From a virus: a stretch of 47,910 bases of DNA. Of this stretch, positions 8,515 through 18,023 are shown in pieces. The DNA lies in the UHGV virus genome UHGV-1380528; one strand, 5' to 3'. The notes beneath the pieces are model-generated. The model was not told where the DNA came from and ran no database searches. It worked only from the letters and a program-made list of their open reading frames with translations. Each line of letters starts with the position of its first letter. Position 1 is the first letter of the stretch. The translations under genes were made by a program, and so were the position numbers.

Positions 8515-8709
8515 ATGTACAGAATGAGCAAGAAAAGCCTCGCCGGAAGAATTATAGTGGCGCCACTATTTTTCATTATTTTGGTTATCGAGGTGATGCT
8601 GAACAAAGCTGACGACTGGAGTTGCCATGTAAGACGCATCAGGGTTAAGATGACTGACTTTGTTGATAAGAAGTTTCCGCTGGCAAACAACAAAAAAACT
8701 AATATTTGA
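8515..8709 (+). CDS. small membrane protein (64 aa)
   Basis: Hydrophobic segment IIVAPLFFIILVIEVML. Confidence 0.4.
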   Translation: MYRMSKKSLAGRIIVAPLFFIILVIEVMLNKADDWSCHVRRIRVKMTDFVDKKFPLANNKKTNI

Positions 8710-8710
8710 C

Positions 8711-8740
8711 AGAAGCCGCCATCAGGCGGCTTTCTTGTGT
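8711..8740. terminator. rho-independent terminator between convergent genes
   Basis: aagccgccatcaggcggctt hairpin then T-rich run. Confidence 0.55.
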
Positions 8741-9666
8741 GCGCCCTGCCATGCTTCCCGCTGCTTATCCAGTCTCTCTTGTGTCTTCTCAAGTATCACA
8801 GGCTTGCCATCCATCACCAATGCGGGTGTCTGCGAGCAGTGACAATTCCTGCGGTTTGCACCTTCGCTGTAGAACTCATCAATCTCTTCCGGGGTGTAAT
8901 ACTTCCCATGACGCGCAGCATGAGTAACGCGGGTTGTCTTCATCAGCGCTGACTGCCATAGCATGATGGTATCCATTCCCAGCGCGACCTGCGCCTCTTT
9001 CACTTCGCGCCTGTTAGCCTCGCGCAGGGTGTTGGTGATTTCAGTCTGAGCAATTGATCGCGCATAGCTTCTTGATACATCCATGCGGTTAACAATGTTT
9101 TGCTCAATCACTCCAGGCGCGTCGCCATTTGCAATGCCAGCAGTGACAACCTCCGCCACCTGCTGCCGCGTGTAATCTGAAAGCCCACCCCAGTCGTTAT
9201 ACGTGCGCGTGTACGCAAGCTGAAGCCTGTCGAGATACGGCTGAGAGTAGAGAATTTCAGCAAGCGACCTGCTGTCTTTGTATGCCGATGACAGGTCGCC
9301 AAGGTCTGAGTTTGCCTTCTGCGTCCCGGCATACATGGCATCACTGACATAAGATGAGGCCCATAACCTTCCGTGTGTGAAATCATCACCTTCCAGCAGC
9401 TGACCATCAAGGATGCGCTGAAGTTCATCAAAGAATGTCGATGCACGGTAGGCAGAGAAATCATAATAATAATTTCCAGCCTCAGCATTGCCGGTCGCCA
9501 CAGGAATCGTGCGGAACAGCTCGGCAACCTGCGATTTTAGCGTCACATATCTGGCGTCAACATCGCGCACCATCTTATTGACGCGACCCACTGCACCGAG
9601 TGGGTCTGTCAGGCTCATGCTTAATTTTGGCTGCGGAAGCCGGGCATTAATTTTGAGGAGGCGCAT
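8722..9666 (-). CDS. head morphogenesis protein (portal-adjacent, MuF/gp7-like); start uncertain (9618/9666/9783)
   Basis: Position directly after portal; ORF track start at 9783 overlaps portal by 136 nt, so an internal Met is more likely. Confidence 0.4.
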   Translation of the reverse strand: MRLLKINARLPQPKLSMSLTDPLGAVGRVNKMVRDVDARYVTLKSQVAELFRTIPVATGNAEAGNYYYDFSAYRASTFFDELQRILDGQLLEGDDFTHGRLWASSYVSDAMYAGTQKANSDLGDLSSAYKDSRSLAEILYSQPYLDRLQLAYTRTYNDWGGLSDYTRQQVAEVVTAGIANGDAPGVIEQNIVNRMDVSRSYARSIAQTEITNTLREANRREVKEAQVALGMDTIMLWQSALMKTTRVTHAARHGKYYTPEEIDEFYSEGANRRNCHCSQTPALVMDGKPVILEKTQERLDKQREAWQGAHKKAA

Positions 9667-11095
9667 CGGTCTGGTCCTGCTGTTGGTCTTGCTGTGACTG
9701 TTGGTCTTGCTGCTGACCTTCCTGCAATCCGTCAGGAAGCTGCTCCTCCAGAGGTTCCATACCGACAATTCCGCGCATCTCATCGGCGGTCATCAGGGCC
9801 ATCTGGCCTGCTTCGAATACGGATTTGTTTGCAGTGGCAAGTTTAACCAGCAGGTCTGCCTTGTTCATCTCGGAAGGTGCAAGCAGGTCGTCCCACTTGC
9901 AGTAATAACCGCTCTCTGGCGCCTTATCCAGAATGCCAAAGGAAATCATCCGGTCGATGAACACCGAAATGATGTAGTCCAGCCAGTCCTCACGGCGCTG
10001 TTTGGCGCTCATGGCGTCGTCGGTTTTATCCTCATCGGATGCAAGGCGGCCAGTCTGCTGACCAAACAGGATGGTGAATGGCTTCTTAATGGATGCTGCA
10101 AACTGGTTGGCCGCAATAGTCCAGGTAGGCCCTGGGTCTGCTGGCGTCACCGAGAGAACTTTGACATCGGCGCCCATCGTGAACATCGCCGCGTCAATGG
10201 CCTCATTCAGGCGCGCCACATCCTCATTGAGCACATCTGCCAGTTCTTCCAGTGGTACACCCATTTGCTGCGCCAGAGACTGAGCGGAAACGTTGTCTTT
10301 ATTATAATTAACGTTGAGCTGTCGGCTTGCATTTTTCAGGAATCCCTCAGCGCTTGAGCCGGTTACTTTCGCCATGTCGATGAGGTGGTTATACCCGGCA
10401 CGCAGGAGCGGAACGCCGGAGTAAATGGAGCCATCCATCGCACCCTCGGCAAATACGATAATGCGGTCAGGGTGAATGCTCAGAGAACGCGTTGGTTTGC
10501 CGTCGCTGTTGCAGGCGCCGACTACCAACTCCTGATATTCGTACATCTTCGGCTGACCATAGTCTTCGCTGGCTTCGTCATTTTCCCATTCACTGACGCG
10601 GAGCTGTTCTTCCCATGCCGGAATGTAACGGACAATGGCAGCATCCTTGATGCGTTTTGTTTTCGTGGTGTCTACCGGCTCATTCCACTGCTTTCCGTCT
10701 CGGATTTGCAGGATAAGTCCGGAATAGCGGTTGATGAGGTTGCGGCGGTCTGCATCCTTGATGAATGGCGCAGCACGCTTAAACAGCTTGTTGGCGGCTT
10801 TCTCCCACGGAGTGCTTGCTTTATCATCAGCACCTTCCTGAAGGATTTGCGGCGGAGTCTGCCAGCACTTATCGAGTACGCGATTGACGCCAGCTGTTGC
10901 CGGCGCATAGCGCTCATAGGCATAGCGGAACATCTCGGCGGTGATTTCGTCAGGGTATCCGCATTCGAGCCACAGCCTGTCGTGTTTGTGGTCGATGTTC
11001 TTCCCGCCAAACTCCCGGCGCTGCCGCTCGATGAGCCTGTTATTGTTCGCCACTCGCTGCTGAATATAGGCGTTTACCGCCTCTAACTTTGACAT
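9647..11095 (-). CDS. portal protein
   Basis: 482 aa between terminase and morphogenesis genes; acidic Q/D-rich C-terminal tail. Confidence 0.7.
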   Translation of the reverse strand: MSKLEAVNAYIQQRVANNNRLIERQRREFGGKNIDHKHDRLWLECGYPDEITAEMFRYAYERYAPATAGVNRVLDKCWQTPPQILQEGADDKASTPWEKAANKLFKRAAPFIKDADRRNLINRYSGLILQIRDGKQWNEPVDTTKTKRIKDAAIVRYIPAWEEQLRVSEWENDEASEDYGQPKMYEYQELVVGACNSDGKPTRSLSIHPDRIIVFAEGAMDGSIYSGVPLLRAGYNHLIDMAKVTGSSAEGFLKNASRQLNVNYNKDNVSAQSLAQQMGVPLEELADVLNEDVARLNEAIDAAMFTMGADVKVLSVTPADPGPTWTIAANQFAASIKKPFTILFGQQTGRLASDEDKTDDAMSAKQRREDWLDYIISVFIDRMISFGILDKAPESGYYCKWDDLLAPSEMNKADLLVKLATANKSVFEAGQMALMTADEMRGIVGMEPLEEQLPDGLQEGQQQDQQSQQDQQQDQTDAPPQN

Positions 11096-11102
11096 TTCGT
11101 CA

Positions 11103-11133
11103 CCATAAAAAATCCCATCGCATGGATGGGATT
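11103..11133 (-). terminator. rho-independent terminator after HNH gene
   Basis: tcccatc-gcatg-gatggga hairpin followed on minus strand by TTTTTTAT. Confidence 0.6.
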
Positions 11134-11142
11134 ATAGCATGG

Positions 11143-11658
11143 TCAAGGGTTGTTTTTTCTTACCATTTCAGCGACCCGCTCCCTTGCTGAGATGGATACC
11201 ATCTCGGCTTCACCAATGGTCTTATAGTAACCCAGGGATTTCTGTTTGCCGTTAATGTTCATCGTCACCCTATAAAGCCTCGTCTTCTTGTGAAGAGACA
11301 CTCCAGGAACTTGTAGTGAGCTCCTCCTTGATAGCTTGCTAAACTTTTTCTCATTTATCTCTTCGCCTCCAATGTTTCTGCATCCAGATGGGGATATAGA
11401 AAGGTCACTCCACCTTGAACTGAATGGGTTTTGCGATACTGAGTACACATTCTGTCCGTCTGGAGGAAAATCACCAGTCATATATAACCATGCCAGCCGT
11501 CTTGCTGTGTAGGTTTTGCGAAGCAATACTATATGGTATCCACATGTCGACCTTGCGCCAGCGACCATTCCTTTCCTTTTTCCTTTAATCCATACAAATC
11601 TACCTGATTCAGGATGATATGATAGCCATTCTTTTAATTCGCTCTGAGTTAGCATCAT
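11143..11658 (-). mobile_element. HNH_3-AP2 homing-endonuclease-like gene, HNH catalytic motif degenerate
   Basis: FVWIKGKRKG...GYHIVLL...YTARRLAWLYMTGDFP (HNH_3 N-terminal region) plus YRVTMNINGKQKSLGYYKTIGEAE (AP2 domain); expected VDHIDG histidine motif replaced by VYSVSQ. Confidence 0.55.
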
Positions 11659-11664
11659 CCCACC

Positions 11665-11865
11665 TCAATCAACTCTACTAAGAAACAATGCGCCAACCAT
11701 AGACGCAACCAGCATAAACGCCGCGATACGCAGTGCGCCGATATTCATGATATCGCTCAACATCGGCGGCTGCCATTTTATGAACCACGCAACAGGAAAT
11801 GCTAGTGCGAGGCACGCCATGAATACCGAGAATAGCAAGGCCCACGCAAAAAGGAATTTCTTCAT
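11665..11865 (-). CDS. small membrane protein (66 aa, 2 TM)
   Basis: Hydrophobic ORF. Confidence 0.4.
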   Translation of the reverse strand: MKKFLFAWALLFSVFMACLALAFPVAWFIKWQPPMLSDIMNIGALRIAAFMLVASMVGALFLSRVD

Positions 11866-12086
11866 TTATTCACCTCATCATCAACAAGCGATCTGAACCA
11901 TGCGGGGTATGACTTCGCACCGAGTTTATAGTCAACACTCTGAATGTAACGTGCAGCATCATTCATCTTGTCGGAAAGATAATAAAGTGACTTCCTTGCC
12001 ACAAGAAGCATGGCAGCGAATATCAGCATCACAATCAGGTGTGGGTTGATGATGCAGAACAGGATTGTTTTGACGACTTTCATCAC
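11862..12086 (-). CDS. small membrane protein (74 aa)
   Basis: N-terminal TM ILFCIINPHLIVMLIFAAMLLV. Confidence 0.4.
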   Translation of the reverse strand: MMKVVKTILFCIINPHLIVMLIFAAMLLVARKSLYYLSDKMNDAARYIQSVDYKLGAKSYPAWFRSLVDDEVNK

Positions 12087-12271
12087 TCCACCTTTTCGAA
12101 TTTGTCGATGACAACTTTGATGCCTTGTGATGTTAAAGACGATACCATATCATCCCGCCAGAAATTCTCTAGCGCAGCAACTGCGTCGGTGGCGACTATC
12201 ACTCCGCTTAACTTCTCTGCCACACAACCATTATTGAGAAAGGCTTCCGCGTGAATAAAGTAAATGCTCAT
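12083..12271 (-). CDS. hypothetical protein (62 aa)
   Basis: ORF, coupled. Confidence 0.35.
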   Translation of the reverse strand: MSIYFIHAEAFLNNGCVAEKLSGVIVATDAVAALENFWRDDMVSSLTSQGIKVVIDKFEKVE

Positions 12272-12588
12272 TACTCAGCCTCATTATCAAATGCAGCCTC
12301 AAATTTCATTGGCCTTAAAGAGGATAGCTCCGATTTGTCATCATTGATGAATTGCCTCAGACTATAGTTAGTCTGCATGTTCATCCATGATTCAGGAGTC
12401 CTGCCAACCACTATAGAGAGGCGCATAGCCATACCAGCACTCAAGTCCATATTCTTGCTTGTAATCCTGCTAACGGTTGACGCTGATACGCCAAGGTTCC
12501 TTGCCATTTCCTCGCAAGTGATGCCGTATGGCTTCATAAAAACACTTAACAGGAATTCACCTGGATGCATTGGGTCTTTGATATACAT
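12271..12588 (-). CDS. HigA-family XRE helix-turn-helix antitoxin-like protein
   Basis: MHPGEFLLSVFMKPYGITCEEMARNLGVSASTVSRI...TPESWMNMQTNYSL matches HigA antidote family signature. Confidence 0.6.
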   Translation of the reverse strand: MYIKDPMHPGEFLLSVFMKPYGITCEEMARNLGVSASTVSRITSKNMDLSAGMAMRLSIVVGRTPESWMNMQTNYSLRQFINDDKSELSSLRPMKFEAAFDNEAE

Positions 12589-12752
12589 CACTCAATCTCC
12601 TCGCCATCAACCCAGCGTTGCAGGACTTCGATAAGCTGCGCGGCCTGGTGTTTGTCGATAACGACAATGTCACCTTGCTGCTCAACATGAACCGACTCAG
12701 CTCCGCGATGAATAAGCTCGACATCCTCATGCACTTTTCCATTAATAATCAT
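12588..12752 (-). CDS. small protein (54 aa, MIINGKVHEDVELIHRG...), upstream partner of HigA-like gene; not RelE/HigB-like
   Basis: ATGA overlap with upstream gene and TGATG overlap with HigA-like gene; not in ORF track (under 60 aa). Confidence 0.4.
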   Translation of the reverse strand: MIINGKVHEDVELIHRGAESVHVEQQGDIVVIDKHQAAQLIEVLQRWVDGEEIE

Positions 12753-12988
12753 AAATCACCACCCTCATCGTTATTTAACTCAACATTCCGAAAGAAATCG
12801 TTAATCGTCTTCAGGCCACTATAACCACGGCGCCGCTGCAACTCACACAGCACTTCATCATACATGCGCAGAAGAATAGCCTCATCCACATCGTACCTTT
12901 CGCATAGCGCCTCATCCGACACACCAGCTCTTGCGAGTGAGTATATTTTTTCCTTCTGCTCCCACGAAAAAGATGAATATGCCTTCAT
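12749..12988 (-). CDS. small putative HTH protein (79 aa)
   Basis: First gene of three-gene coupled operon; SWEQKEKIYSLARAGVSDEALCERYDV HTH-like. Confidence 0.4.
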   Translation of the reverse strand: MKAYSSFSWEQKEKIYSLARAGVSDEALCERYDVDEAILLRMYDEVLCELQRRRGYSGLKTINDFFRNVELNNDEGGDL

Positions 12989-13021
12989 GATGCCCCGGTG
13001 ATGTAGTTATGTCAATGCGCC

Positions 13022-13050
13022 TTGACGTAGATTATAGCATGGCGTAGATT
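13022..13050 (+). promoter_or_regulatory. promoter TTGACG-17-TAGATT containing conserved TTGACGTAGATTA motif
   Basis: -35 13022..13027, -10 TAGATT 13045..13050, 26 nt before ATG 13077. Confidence 0.55.
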
Positions 13051-13076
13051 AAAATGAAACCTCTCGGAGAAATCTT

Positions 13077-13367
13077 ATGAAATGTGTCATTTTTGAGCTT
13101 GATGGTGTGCTGCGTGATGCGGAGGGAAATGCTATTGCTGGTAACGTTGCGCTGGCTAAGTCGCTCTACTCTGCCGGGCATGATGTGCTTATCATGAGGG
13201 CAAAGCATGCGTATGAGTGGCTGCATGCTAACGATATTTTCTATGATGACATTATGGCTTCGCACCAGCAGATTGACGCTGACAGAGTGGCAATGGCGGT
13301 CGTGTCTGATGATGTTATTTATGCTGCTATGCGCAATGCGGGGATTCATTGCTGGCTTTACAAATAA
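13077..13367 (+). CDS. small HAD-like protein (96 aa), motif I ELDGVL
   Basis: VIFELDGVL resembles HAD motif I DxDGxL with Glu in place of the nucleophile Asp. Confidence 0.4.
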   Translation: MKCVIFELDGVLRDAEGNAIAGNVALAKSLYSAGHDVLIMRAKHAYEWLHANDIFYDDIMASHQQIDADRVAMAVVSDDVIYAAMRNAGIHCWLYK

Positions 13368-13380
13368 TTTATTATAAATG

Positions 13381-13409
13381 TTGACGTGGATTCGTGGTTG
13401 ATGTAGATT
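13381..13409 (+). promoter_or_regulatory. promoter TTGACG-17-TAGATT (motif family)
   Basis: ttgacgtggatt ... ttgatgTAGATT; -10 at 13404..13409. Confidence 0.5.
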
Positions 13410-13443
13410 TTACTCATCAAGTTGATTTGCGGAGATAGTAAAG

Positions 13444-13599
13444 ATGAAAGAAATCCAATTTAGCGCAAAAAAGAATAAGTTTGGCCGAATAATGTTTTAT
13501 GTAATGGAGGACAGGAAACACTTGTATGAATTTAACACCATAGAATCCGCGATGGCTTGCGTTATCGAGCTAGGTAAAAGATCTCAGAATGCATTATGA
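13444..13599 (+). CDS. small protein (51 aa, MKEIQFSAKKNKFGRIMFYVMEDRKHLYEF...)
   Basis: GGAGA RBS; followed directly by terminator. Confidence 0.4.
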   Translation: MKEIQFSAKKNKFGRIMFYVMEDRKHLYEFNTIESAMACVIELGKRSQNAL

Positions 13600-13601
13600 A
13601 C

Positions 13602-13630
13602 AGAAGCCCTCCAGTGAGGGCTTTTTCTTA
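13602..13630 (+). terminator. rho-independent terminator
   Basis: gaagccctccagtgagggcttt hairpin plus TTTTT. Confidence 0.6.
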
Positions 13631-15055
13631 TCTCCTGCTCCTTCTAATCCATCCTGAACCACGCTGCACAATATAGTCGTTCAACGCATAGCGAACAGCA
13701 TCCCAATAGTGGTTGTATTTATCAACGATTTCAGTGAGCACAAGGCCGGTATTCTTGTCGACCTTGTGGCTGTACATCGCAGCCTCGTTTTTCATTTCCG
13801 TGCAGCGGTCGTGAATAATGATGTAGTCGCAACCCCTGAGCCACGTCACGCCATCTTCAACGCTGCCGGGCCACTTGTTGCAGGGATGAATGTCAAAGCC
13901 AGCGCGCTTGATGTGACTGATGGTTTCCGGCCTCGATGAGTCAGCATACCAGCGAGCCTTACGCGCCATCGGAAATGCCTGGTCCATTGCCGCCGGGTGG
14001 TCGGTAATCTCAAGATGAACCTTTCCATACTCACGATTAATATAAATGTTGCGCCGGTCGCCGGGTAGGTTTTCCACCCATACCTCGACCATCGCAGCAG
14101 GGTCGCCACTGAAACCGAAGTCCATACCATGATAGGGGCCATGCCATTCAGGATTGACCTCAAACGATGCAGTGCGCCATTTTCCGCCGAAGACCTGCTC
14201 ATCGCTGCGTTTGTTGAATTTACCTTCCCATATCCACATGTAGCGGTCGAAATCGACACGCTTCATCTTGTCTCGAGAACGGATTAATTCATCGGTCATC
14301 CACGGGTTATCTGTCCAGTTACATTCAATGATGAGGATTTCATCATCTTCGTAAATGCCGTCGACCATCTTGTCGTGCCACGGCTGAACCCATTGCGTCC
14401 AAGTGGCGTCGGTTTCTTTGTTAGGGTTGAATGTGACCCATATTTCCGCACCCGGGTTACGCACTGTTGGCTCAAGAATGTCCCATGATGCCTGGCTAAC
14501 GTTTTCGGCTTCTTCAATCCATGCCTTGGTGATGCCTGCAAAACCCTTCACGCCTGTCACGTTGCGATAAAGACCACGGAAGCGGAACTTTGACTTCGTC
14601 TTCTTGTGGGTGATTTTCCCGTCGATGCACCGGTACTCTTTCGCCTCACCCTTGCGCTCAATCTCATCGACCAACTCTTGATAGCTGGAGTCCTCGATGG
14701 ACTGCTGAATCTCACGGAAGCAGCCGATACGTTCTGTCCTGAACCGCGCCGACTCTGTGAGGATAGTTGAGACAGTGCGGGTCTTTGCCGAGCCGCGCCC
14801 CCCATAGACGACCTTCCATGGCTTCGGGTAAAGCAGCCTTTCGAGTTTTGCGGGGATTAAATGGTCTGCCTGCGTGGTTTTGTGGGTGACATCCTCAACG
14901 CCGTTAGCGGTCATTCTGAGGCGCTTGATGACGTTCTTCTGCATATCGCAGATACCGAAGATGGCAGATTCTGCTACATCGGTCAGTGCATCATCCACCT
15001 GCGCCTCGAGCTTTTCTATTGCTAGCGCAGAGAGGCGTTTACGAGCCATTCGCAC
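13628..15055 (-). CDS. terL: terminase large subunit
   Basis: 475 aa; Walker A VVYGGRGSAKT; C-terminal RNaseH-like nuclease region (DFGFSGDPAAMVE). Confidence 0.9.
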   Translation of the reverse strand: MRMARKRLSALAIEKLEAQVDDALTDVAESAIFGICDMQKNVIKRLRMTANGVEDVTHKTTQADHLIPAKLERLLYPKPWKVVYGGRGSAKTRTVSTILTESARFRTERIGCFREIQQSIEDSSYQELVDEIERKGEAKEYRCIDGKITHKKTKSKFRFRGLYRNVTGVKGFAGITKAWIEEAENVSQASWDILEPTVRNPGAEIWVTFNPNKETDATWTQWVQPWHDKMVDGIYEDDEILIIECNWTDNPWMTDELIRSRDKMKRVDFDRYMWIWEGKFNKRSDEQVFGGKWRTASFEVNPEWHGPYHGMDFGFSGDPAAMVEVWVENLPGDRRNIYINREYGKVHLEITDHPAAMDQAFPMARKARWYADSSRPETISHIKRAGFDIHPCNKWPGSVEDGVTWLRGCDYIIIHDRCTEMKNEAAMYSHKVDKNTGLVLTEIVDKYNHYWDAVRYALNDYIVQRGSGWIRRSRR

Positions 15056-15488
15056 TCTCCATCATCTTCTCAAGTCGCTCCAGCCTCTCGGCAAGCTCAG
15101 TAAGCTCTTTGACGTCGAGGCCAACCTTAATCATTGATACAACCTGAGACGCAACATCAATGGGAAGCTCGCCAAGAGAAACTGACTGAATGACATCTTC
15201 AATCTGCTGCACTGGTGTTGCGCCTTTCTGATATTTGAACTCAACAGGAGGTGCCATTGTCTTCTGCATTGGGCTAATGCGAAGAAATATTTCTTTCAGC
15301 ATTTGCACGCCCTGGGTTGGATTTTCCTCCACCATTCTGATTGACGTTCGAATGAATGCGTCAAGAAACTCCTCTTCACCCATCCCGCAGCGCTTTAATG
15401 CTTCTATTAGCCTGTTTCTGTAGCTTAAACCTCTTCCTGCTGGCTGGTATTCAGCAGAAAACTTCATAATCGGATTTGGATTTGCCAT
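15039..15488 (-). CDS. terminase small subunit candidate (150 aa from internal Met)
   Basis: Overlaps terL start by 17 nt; ORF track N-terminal extension would run through a terminator, so start MANPNPIMKF is preferred. Confidence 0.45.
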   Translation of the reverse strand: MANPNPIMKFSAEYQPAGRGLSYRNRLIEALKRCGMGEEEFLDAFIRTSIRMVEENPTQGVQMLKEIFLRISPMQKTMAPPVEFKYQKGATPVQQIEDVIQSVSLGELPIDVASQVVSMIKVGLDVKELTELAERLERLEKMMESANGS

Positions 15489-15547
15489 GTCGTTTTCGTC
15501 TTTTCGTAAACCGAATACAAGTATATTAACACATGGTGTAGATAAAA

Positions 15548-15580
15548 AAAGAACCCGCCGAAGCGGGTTAAAGGGTGGTG
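15548..15580 (-). terminator. rho-independent terminator ending leftward early operon
   Basis: aacccgcttcggcgggtt hairpin followed on minus strand by CTTTTTTTAT. Confidence 0.65.
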
Positions 15581-15762
15581 GGTGATGATTGATGAGATGA
15601 TTGTACATCAGTTTTCGCATAACACCAAACATTACAGTTATTACTTTGAACGTGAACCACCTCAATCGCATCGGGAAAGGCTTTAGCGATTGCTGCTATG
15701 AAGTGGTCAACACCTTCGAGTTGAGCCCTCTGCCACACCTCCTGCTTTGATTTTTGCGGCAT
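15568..15762 (-). CDS. hypothetical protein (64 aa)
   Basis: ORF just upstream of terminator. Confidence 0.3.
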   Translation of the reverse strand: MPQKSKQEVWQRAQLEGVDHFIAAIAKAFPDAIEVVHVQSNNCNVWCYAKTDVQSSHQSSPTTL

Positions 15763-16012
15763 CACTGATACCTCGTCGTTGAGTACATATGCCGAAGCAT
15801 GCTGTTATGCTCAACCACCATCATCATGCTGCCAACCTGAATGACGGCATGATGCTTCCCGGTCTCCTCATAAAGAAAGTCAGCCTCTTCACATGCAGCC
15901 TGAATGTCGCTCCACAACATGATTCACCTCACGATAAAGTAGAAGGTCAGTGCAACAGCAATCCAGAATGCCAGCAGTGACGCTGAAATAAGTCTGAGGA
16001 TGATGTAGGGTT

Positions 16013-16519
16013 TCATGACTTACCTCCGCTGAGCATGGCTGAGCGCTGCGCTACTATCTCAAGCAACCTCTCTTCAGCCTCCCAAAGACAACTACCTACA
16101 CCACGGCAATCTCCGTCGAGGTTATTCAGGTCTGCGCGTATTCGGGCAACATCCTGCAATGCGTTCAGCACATCATCAGGCACTACCGGCACTACCGGCG
16201 CTGGCAGCTCCGATACTAACGGACTGACATCCGATACTACTGGCGCTGGTTTCTGAGATACTGCGGCATAGCAGTCCTCGCACAGACCATCGACCGAATA
16301 CCCGTAGATAGGCTTATTGCAGTTTCTGTCTTTGCAGCGGCGTCGTTCATGTTTCTGAAGAACGTTGTCCAGCGTGATGAAGTCAACGCTGGGATGCGCC
16401 ATGCGGGCCATCATCGCAAACTCGCTGCACTGATTAATCATTGGGTCGCTGGCAATTTCTTCTAGCCGCTCTCTGCTCATTAATTGTGCTGTCATACGGC
16501 CTCCCGGCGATTTCTGCAT
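16013..16519 (-). CDS. Cys-rich protein with internal tandem repeat (168 aa)
   Basis: CKDRNCNKPIYGYSVDGLCEDC cluster; DNA tandem ggcactaccggcactaccggcgctgg at about 16188..16214. Confidence 0.45.
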   Translation of the reverse strand: MQKSPGGRMTAQLMSRERLEEIASDPMINQCSEFAMMARMAHPSVDFITLDNVLQKHERRRCKDRNCNKPIYGYSVDGLCEDCYAAVSQKPAPVVSDVSPLVSELPAPVVPVVPDDVLNALQDVARIRADLNNLDGDCRGVGSCLWEAEERLLEIVAQRSAMLSGGKS

Positions 16520-16752
16520 TGCCTTAGCAGTTGGTCAAACAAAGAAGACAGACGATAATCTACAGGGGAATATTTTACATTTTTCCCGCTTTTCATTTTC
16601 ATGAGTTCGCCTTTTTCAACAAGCCGGTTAAGTTGGCACGTCACTGAATCCCGCTTGATGGTTGGTTTTTCTTGAAGATAGCCATCCAGGATATCCCCAG
16701 CGGTAAAAGTACCTGATTGCTTTCTGATGTATTCGCGTAAAGTACCCATCAC
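16492..16752 (-). CDS. winged-helix DNA-binding protein (86 aa)
   Basis: ORF with HTH-like segment. Confidence 0.4.
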   Translation of the reverse strand: MMGTLREYIRKQSGTFTAGDILDGYLQEKPTIKRDSVTCQLNRLVEKGELMKMKSGKNVKYSPVDYRLSSLFDQLLRQCRNRREAV

Positions 16753-17330
16753 TCAGCCTCCACCTTGATGCCAGCGGCGGTAAGCGCAGCATCGACCTCG
16801 TCAGCGTAGTAGTACGTTAATCCGCTCGATGATTTAGCCAACTTGAATGACTCTGGCAGCTTCACGGTGACGGTGCGGGACTCCAGCTTGGCGATGCGCT
16901 GGCGCAGTGCTGCAATCTCCATATCTGCAGCGTCGGCATAATGGACGTTTTCATGCTCCAGCGGTGGCAGGTCTGGGGTTTTCACGCCAAACAGCGCCGC
17001 CAGCGCTCGATAGTTCTGCTCGCTGTGATAGCGACCTTTACAGCGGACCAGTTTTTCGGCTGCTGCGCGGATAGGTTCAAGCTCAGAAATCATCTGCTGT
17101 CTCTCGCATGACTCCTGTACCAGACCAGCATTCCATTCCCGCAATCTTTCGATATAGCGATTCGCCTTCTCCAGCGCCTCTACCAGCGCGAGGATGTTTG
17201 CAGGGTTAGCGAGTTCCAGAAATCTCTCTTTGGCATCAGCTGTCTTCGAGTAGCGGGCAATTCCCTGCACAGATTGGTAGTGTTCTGCTGCCGCTTTCAG
17301 GCTCTGCGCCACTTCGGTGATATCAGTCAT
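16749..17330 (-). CDS. coiled-coil protein (193 aa from internal Met with GGAGG RBS)
   Basis: RBS ggaggcagtcATG at 17330. Confidence 0.45.
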   Translation of the reverse strand: MTDITEVAQSLKAAAEHYQSVQGIARYSKTADAKERFLELANPANILALVEALEKANRYIERLREWNAGLVQESCERQQMISELEPIRAAAEKLVRCKGRYHSEQNYRALAALFGVKTPDLPPLEHENVHYADAADMEIAALRQRIAKLESRTVTVKLPESFKLAKSSSGLTYYYADEVDAALTAAGIKVEAE

Positions 17331-17787
17331 GACTGCCTCCGTCGCGCAGCTGCTTGGCGAATTCGAATCCACGGGACGCAAAATCAAGTAAATTTTCTTG
17401 CGCCTCCAATGCTTTTGACTTACCACAAATGTCAGCGGCCCCCTCTAAAGTTTTCGAAAACTCTTCCACCCCATCAGCCTTAATCCCGGCTACGATGCGA
17501 TCGGTGGCGGGGGTTTCCGGCGCATGCATAATTGCGACAAGCATTGCATCATGCATGCAATCCACATCTAAGCACCCAAGAGCCTCTGCCGTTTTAAACT
17601 CCCGGTACATGTTTTTGAATGAACCAGTTTTGCACCATGCGTTGATGTCCTTCAGCGCCACATTCTCCGCAGTCAGCTGCACGCACAGCTTTGCAACATT
17701 GAGGTATTTTTCCTCTTTGATTGAGATTTCACCGCCACTCTCAAGGTTTTTAATAATTTCCTGAACTTCACTAATAGTTATGGTCAT
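17323..17787 (-). CDS. hypothetical protein (154 aa)
   Basis: ORF; internal start preferred. Confidence 0.4.
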   Translation of the reverse strand: MTITISEVQEIIKNLESGGEISIKEEKYLNVAKLCVQLTAENVALKDINAWCKTGSFKNMYREFKTAEALGCLDVDCMHDAMLVAIMHAPETPATDRIVAGIKADGVEEFSKTLEGAADICGKSKALEAQENLLDFASRGFEFAKQLRDGGSHD

Positions 17788-17801
17788 TTTTATACTCTCT
17801 G

Positions 17802-18002
17802 TTAGTGAATTTGCTCGCCAGACGATAACTTGATTCGCATACAAGCATCATCCCATTCGTGAAGCATTTCGGTTTTGCCGGTGCTCTCAAGATACCCCCT
17901 GATAAAACTCAGGCAATAGTTCACCCTGTCCTCACCAGCCTCATGCACAGCCTGCATTGCATCCTGAAATTTCTTGTCTGCTACCTTCTTTTTGCTTGTC
18001 AT
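17802..18002 (-). CDS. hypothetical protein (66 aa)
   Basis: GAGGTG RBS. Confidence 0.4.
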   Translation of the reverse strand: MTSKKKVADKKFQDAMQAVHEAGEDRVNYCLSFIRGYLESTGKTEMLHEWDDACMRIKLSSGEQIH

Positions 18003-18023
18003 AACACACCTCACAAATATTTT

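Noticed and set aside
9647-9720. Gln/Asp-rich stretch [15 protein letters not shown] at the portal C-terminus considered as a repeat element
   Set aside because: Low-complexity protein tail, not a DNA-level mobile or regulatory repeat
9108-10357. ORFs 9108..9527 (-) and 9701..10357 (+) inside the portal and MuF-like genes
   Set aside because: Alternative frames within strongly supported genes; no independent signals
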